From the NCBI RefSeq assembly GCF_009914755.1, contig NC_060926.1: 64,000 nt of DNA. One strand, 5' to 3'. Below, one piece after another: positions 57,305-64,000 of this stretch. A program made the translations under genes and the position numbers. The notes under the pieces were generated by a model. It saw nothing but the letters and a program-made list of their open reading frames with translations. It had not been told where the DNA came from and ran no database searches. How positions within the stretch are numbered: the stretch's first letter is position 1; each line of letters begins with the position of its first letter. The DNA is from the human T2T-CHM13v2.0 reference genome, Homo sapiens.

Positions 57305-60300
57305 AAAGAGACCATAAACTCACTTTTTAGGTGGCCAAGCATTTCCACATAAGCAATGGAGAGTGCTCACTTTTCAGAGAGCCTCCAGAAAAGGGAGAAA
57401 GCTTTCTTCAGACCCAGTGGCCAGGGCGCTTTGCAATAGTGCAGAATTCGACACACAAAGATCGCTATTATGGATGGACAAGGAGCAGCCAAGAGAAGAA
57501 AAGGGGCAGATCTGTGACTCAAGCGGCAGCCCTTGCAATGGGAATAATCCTCATCCTCCACGTGTGCTGTGTGTGATACAGGCTTCCCAGGAAGGGCACT
57601 GGCCAAGCCCCTGCTCCACCGAAGGGGACTGTAGCTTTGCTTCACTCTCCCTCCCTGCTTAATCACTGGCTCAAATGACAATCCACCCCAGGCAAACGAT
57701 GCTCACACAGAGAAAAAGACCGCCAGGCCAAGAACAAATTTTTCTAAAAGTTTTCTTTTTTTTTTTCTACATCATCTCAACCTTCCTTTTTAAATAAATG
57801 GACTTGCAAATAGACCTAACTTCAAAGATCTCATTGGTCGGCCTTCACTGTTTAGGTATCCGGGCAGGGAACCATTCAAGATATTATTCTTATTTTTTTT
57901 AAATCTTCTTTTTCTATCTTTTCAATAGCATCTGGATGATCTTTCCATTCTTGTCTAGTGATAATGAAATCATTAAAAAATGTACCAGAACCCTTTTTGC
58001 TTATCTCTGTGCCATTTGGAACATATGTGAATAAATTGAACACCACTTGCTCATTGATTTTCTTTTTTTTCCCTCTTCCCTTGTTTTTAAAAGCCCTGTT
58101 TGAAATCAGTCACTGAAAGAGCCGGCATCTGAGTTAACGTCTGACGATGGGAGGTACGCCTCAACGTCGTCCACATGGCCTTGATCTAGACAGCGAGCCA
58201 CAACCTACCCAGCACATTTTTGTGGCTTAAGTGACCTGGAGTGTGGGGCTTTTCTTTGTTGAAGATTTTCTTTAGGTTTCAAGTTGATTTTACACCATTA
58301 ATGGTAATTCCAGCTTGGGCATTGCACAAATAGTTCATAGATGACCATGGGGAATCCAGCTATGCTGTTGGGACTAGTAGCTAAACTCTCTTAGAGGGCT
58401 TGAGTTAGATCAAAGAGCATCTTTCCTTTTCTTGGAAACCACATTGCCAGCCTTTCCAGCCAAAGGCCTGCTTGTGTTAAGTGAGAAGAGAGAGACTCAT
58501 CCCAAAAGAGGCCGCCCTGGAAGAGATGGGAAAGACTTTTCCAGGAGGAGTTTGCTGAAAAGCATAAAAGGGTCAGCCTCCAGCTTATCACTCAAAAAAG
58601 TTTTTAAAGCCTTTTTAAGGAAACAATTTTAACCCAGCTGCACTTATTGATCAGTGATTTGATTTTGCTTTGTTAGGAGAGACTCGTAATCTGCTTTTAA
58701 ATGTCTTTTGTTCCTGGCCTTCTTTGATAGCAAGTTCTGCCTAAGGCTACTTCTCAAAACTCATCACTGGAGTTTTCAAGTCTATGTGAATAACTAGAAT
58801 AATTTTAATCTGGACCTTTCTTTATCCCCTACTACCTACCCACTCCTGTTTGCAGCAGAAAATGTTAGGTGGTTGTAAGAATTTTTTTTTAATCAAATTC
58901 TGCCAAACCTAAAACCTATAAAAAGGAATCATTTGTCCTTTCAAAGAGAGAGAGAAAGCAAGGGAGCAAACTCTATTTACAAAGTCAGAGGGAGTCAATC
59001 TGATTTTATTTTCTCAAGTACATTCAGTGAGTCTCAAAAAGAATGCAAGTTCTCAAGTCTTGCCTCTGCTTGGTATCAGCCACAATTAAAAAATAAATTT
59101 CAGAAATATATCTGAATCACTGTAGAACATAATTTTTTGGCAACAGATAGGTTTTATAGAAGCTTTTTTACTTGTAACTTTCAAAGGTTGTAATCATGCC
59201 TTTCATGACATTGTGAACTATAATTTTGTCTTGCTAAGCTACCATAAAAGAGTGGTTGTTTTATTATTATAGTATGCACTAAAAAACAGAACCTATGCTC
59301 CTCATTTAACTAATCACTTCTGATATTTCTCAAGCTAATGGGAACCAAAAACACTTATATCTGTTCGTAGATGTTCTTAATGAAATGCACACTTTTTTTA
59401 TAATGTAAGCATATGCGTACACATGTATGAACTTTACAAGTTTATTTAGCAAGAAAACAAATATGTGAGGAAAACAGACTTTTCAAGTGGTGCTTTAATT
59501 GTCGTTCATGCATGTTCTACAGATCATTACTGAATGTTTACAGGTCCTGCACGGAATGACTTTACACCAAAGAAGAGGGTAACGTATCCTCACTGTTTAT
59601 AAAAATGACAGCCCCTAATGGACCATATTAGCTTTAACACAAACTATTAAATCTCCTTCATTACTTTTTTCTGTGTTCTGTTTCGGCATCTCGTTAGCTC
59701 TGAGAAGTGGGTGCAAACTCCTAAGGAAACATGAGCACACATTGAGACGATTAGAGATCATGGTTATTAGATAAGCCTCAGGAGGATGTTTTTCTTGGGT
59801 TGCTCACAAGCATTTTGAAAGAGTCGTGTTCCAGGTTTGAGATCCCATGTTTCTTCCTCTTAAACTATGAGCAGCTGTAGCACATGACCTACTTCTGTAG
59901 GGCCCTGTAATGATTTCCTTCCTTCGGAGGCTTCAGGAGTTCTCCTTCTGCCCTGTGAAAAAAAGGGACAAATATTTTAATCCAAGCAAAATGCTGAAGC
60001 AGGTTTTGTTGGTTTCAGGGAAGAAACTCAATACAGCTCCAGCACTGAATGTAGGCCTCAAATTGGAACCATCTGGGCCGCAGAAGGGCTCAGAGACCTT
60101 TGGGGAAGGCAGAGACAGTCTTGCCTAGGGCCGCAGCCCATACACCTGCAGAGATGGCCGACGTCTGGGCAGGCCCTGGGCTCACCCAGGAACTGGAGCC
60201 GCTCCTACTGCGGCAAAGCCCTCACTGCCTGGCATTGCAGTTGGGAATACCATGTAAGAAAAGGTGACAACTGCTTAGAGGACGACTTCCTACATGAATA

Positions 60301-62091
60301 TTCCTCACAGTGAAAGGAAGGCCTCATGATTCTTTGGAACACATTTGACACAAATCAGACATAATTTCCTAACTTTTGCTTTTTAGCAGACAGGGAGGAA
60401 AGTCCTCAGGAAACCATAGGTGGGTATACACAATATTTTTAGAGTTATCCTTAACTAGGGGAGAAAAAAAAGGCTTTTACAACCCAATGCATGCCTGTTT
60501 GGTGTTCTCCGTATTCTTTTCTTGTTTAAAAGGTTGTTATTATTATCGTTGACTAGTTTTCCTTTTTAACTAAGTGAAAGTGCTTTTCAAGTGTTTTCTA
60601 ATATCTAAACATAGAAGACTAGGCCAGCTGCTGGAAGGTTATTTTAAATAAAGTATTTTTTAAAATTTTATATTGCAAACTTTCCATGGGTGAGGGATGA
60701 GAGTATCAACCCATTTCCAAATATAAAGGGCGAGGACTTTTGCTCAAAGATTAGAAATCTTATCATGTGATTTTAAAACCAGTGCAGAATATGTTTTCTG
60801 GAAAGAAAGTGGGACATAAAGAGCAGATAGAAATTGTACAAAAGTTGTGCATTTAATAAGTATATTTTCCAAATATTAGTTGATGAGGAATATATCATTT
60901 TCAATTTGGGTTTTAAATTATTTACTGTGGTTAGAAGTGCAATGTGGCCATAATAGAATCCTAAAGAATATGACCAAACTTGACATCCTGAGAGTGGAAG
61001 CCCCATGACAATCTCAACACCAAGGTCAGAGGATGATTTATTGAGAAAGGATCAGTCCCTGGAAAAGGTGACAATTCAGAAAAAAATAGAGGTGCTTGAA
61101 ATTTTGAGCTTAAATTCCTAGAAGTGTGAATTTATCTGGTTTCTTCTAACTAATCTTTTTCAATAAGCCAGTGGACCACAGTTTTTTGCTTATTGTAAGT
61201 ACATTTATTTGTTTATTATAATTAAATCTATTGACTGATGGAAATTACACAGTGAAGACATATATTATATGTATGATTAAAATGTTTAATATTTTTTAAA
61301 GTTAAGAATTGTCAGCAAGAATATATTTTTTTAAATTCCTGAATGGAAAATAAGTCCAAAAAATAGTATTTGGACTGAAGGCTCACAGAATATCTCTCAT
61401 TTTTAAAAGTTCTAAGGATGTATCTGTTGCAAGGTTTCCCAGCACATTCTTAGGGGTGACATGACTGTACGGTGTTTCGGTTCTGAGCTGTTCTCACATG
61501 CACACTTCATCACAAGCCAACTGGGAGGGGTGCGGGAGGGTTGTGTGCGTTGGGCTTACTTTTTTTTGCCCTGTTCCAAATTTATATGCATGAATCTAAA
61601 TTTTTAACCAAATCTTTGTTCTCTTTCCTCTTGAGGCTGCTTCACACTCCTGCCTACGCACCCAGCTGCACCCAGATAGCTCTTCCTCCCTCCCCACCCT
61701 GACAGCCTGCACCGCTGCTCAGCTACAGGGTGAGACTTAATGGAGCTGAGCAGAGCATTTCCTAGCGAGCTTCCTGCAGAGCAGTCAGCCAAGACTGGGA
61801 AAGGCCCACCACCAAACACCAGGAGCCAGGGGAAAATCAGAGGGCCAGCCCGCTGCAGGGGCAGCCTCCAGAAAGCGTCTTGCTGTCATTTAAGGGTATT
61901 AGTTTGATACCTTTAGGAAGGCTTTGGGTTTCTCTAAAACATGGCCACTGTCTCATTCATATAGCTCTGTGAGGATGCCTATATTCAGTATCTGGGCTAA
62001 GCTGACCCACCAACTCCATTGAGTTGCGAATTTCTAGCATGAATGCCTAGCCTCAGAAAAGTAAGAAATTCTGCTGTGTGTCTTCATATGT

Positions 62092-62408
62092 ATTTTTATT
62101 TTTACTTTATTACTACTGTTATTATTTTTAGAGACAGTGCCTTGTTCTGTTGCCCCAGCTGGAGTCCTGTGGCAATATCCTAGCTCACTGCAGCCTCAAA
62201 CTCCTGGGCTCAGGTGATTCTCCCGCCTCAGCCTCCTGAGTAGCTAGGACTACAGGTGTACCACCGTGCCTGGCTGATTTTTCATTATTTTAGAGATAGG
62301 GATCTCATTACGTTGGCTAGGCTGGACTCAAACGCCTGGTCCCAAGCGGTCCTCCTGCCTTGGCCTCCAAAAGTGCTGGGGCTACAGGCATGAGCCACTG
62401 CACCCACC
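62092..62408 (-). mobile_element. AluJ
   Basis: TAGCTCACTGCAGCCTCAAACTCCTGGGCTCA J diagnostics; full dimer. Confidence 0.9.
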
Positions 62409-64000
62409 CTCCCTGAGTATATTTTTAAATACAGGGTTTCATATCTTCAACATAGCCCCTAAATTAAAGCAATGATTATAACAATCGCACAGCAACTAAA
62501 GCCAGTGTTCTGATGGTTTTATTTGAAAAGCACCATTCTCTACAAATGGAAGCTGATCAATAAAAAATATACATATATTTGAGAGAAAAGCCCACCCGGT
62601 CCTCAGGAAAAGCAACCCGTAGAGAGTGGGCAATTTCAGATTGATTTATGAACTGGGAAAGTATTTCTGATTTTGTTTTAATTTTTTCTTTGGCCAAACT
62701 GGTCAGGAGGTGATGAAGACTGACTTCCCAGCCCTTTGCTGCCAAATCTTAACTGCCTGAAAACTTACAGAAATGCTTGATTAAAACTAGAATAAAAATC
62801 TCCAGTTGCCTTCAGCAAACCACAGCACAAGGGTGGGAAAACCAGTGCCAGGTTGCAGTTTAAGTATAGTCACTTGGCGCCTGCTGAAAGTACTGCTCCC
62901 TTCCTGTTTAATAATTAATTCAACTTTAAAGCCCCAAGGATCTGGACTCAGCACCAGTTTCACAAAGCAGTACAGAAACAAAATGCTTCCAGAACTGGAG
63001 GGGGGGATAGAGGAAGAAAGAATCTAACATTTCAAGAAACATCACCACATGGGGCCGGCAAGCAGGGGGTGGGGTTTGGAGGTGGAAAGATCCAGGGTGG
63101 AGAAATTCAAAATAAAATAAATACACACAAAAGCAAGGTTATTCACGGCCACTGGCACTAGGACTGGGAGCGGCATGGCGAGCCGGAAGTCATCCATTTG
63201 GGAGGCAGGCTGGTGCCTGCAGGCTAGTGGGGCCGAGAGGGTAATGGGCTCAGTCTCTGGAAAAGGAGACCCAGCCTTGCTCTTCAGCAGTGGCCTCTGC
63301 TCATTAGTCAGAGCATCGTGCTGGAAAAGGCATCCAAGGTGGGCAGTCATCCTTGCTTTCGCGCTCCTCTCCCTCCACCCCACCCCACCCGCACAATTCA
63401 CCCTCCAGGGGAAGGGCCGGAGAATGCCCGATGTGAGGGCGAAAAACAAGCAAGTTCCCAGGCTTAAATATTCAGTTACAGAAGTTAACACCCAACATAG
63501 CAGCAGATAACTGCAAAAATGTGTCCCCGCATCCAGTGGGGCACCTGCACTGTGCTTTGTGGTTTTTCTAAGTCGTTTGCTTTCTCTAAGCTGGTGAGTC
63601 CAGCCAGAAAGGTGATGCACTGCAGATGCTGAAAACAGGCAGAAGCTGCTTAAAAGCTTATCAAATCTCGTATCGCACACAAGATAGGAGGGGGAATGTG
63701 TCCAGAACGACTGCAGCAGGCCCACCTCCAACCTCACAATTCAATATGAAACCACATGGACTATTCTTCTGTACTCCAGGAAACCTAAGTATCCCAAAGC
63801 ATTGCCAAGAGATGGTCTCACCAGAAATGAACAGATTAATTAAACAAAACGAAGGCCCGAGTGGCCAAGGGAAAGAGGAAAGCTATTTAACCCAAATTGT
63901 ATTTACTTTTTGCTTATTTTTATTATTATAAAGAGTCATGGGATAGAACACTCACACATATCCCCTGAGATTCCAGTTGGGTATTTTGAAATCGACATTC

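Noticed and set aside
63042-63737. Longest ORF in the window (231 aa, minus strand)
   Set aside because: Non-ATG start, no recognisable domain and no exon structure; consistent with a chance open frame.

Overview
Primate genomic DNA, probably human or great ape given AluJ/S/Y, L1PA and MER41. The window looks like a gene desert or long intron. I find no credible protein-coding gene, tRNA, rRNA or other structured RNA gene, and the ORF track is mostly Alu, LINE, LTR and microsatellite translation. About 14 Alu copies, several L1/L2/MIR fragments, MaLR and ERVL LTRs, four ERV1 solo LTRs and two Tigger-family elements are recognisable, many with readable target-site duplications (TSDs). Most notable observations: (1) an inverted MER41B/MER41A pair nested in one Tigger3a, where both LTRs carry an AluSq-like insertion at the identical nucleotide. 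(2) A non-TE ~250-bp, ~91%-identical inverted repeat bracketing a candidate terminal exon of a small spliced transcript with a de novo-looking ORF. (3) An old L1 with both ends and TSDs that lacks nearly all of ORF2. (4) Several local templated duplications and a perfect 18-bp-arm palindrome. (5) A TE-free, homeodomain-motif-dense block resembling developmental enhancers. Repeat subfamily names come from recalled consensus sequences and need RepeatMasker/Dfam confirmation. No new biological system is demonstrated; the findings are hypotheses.
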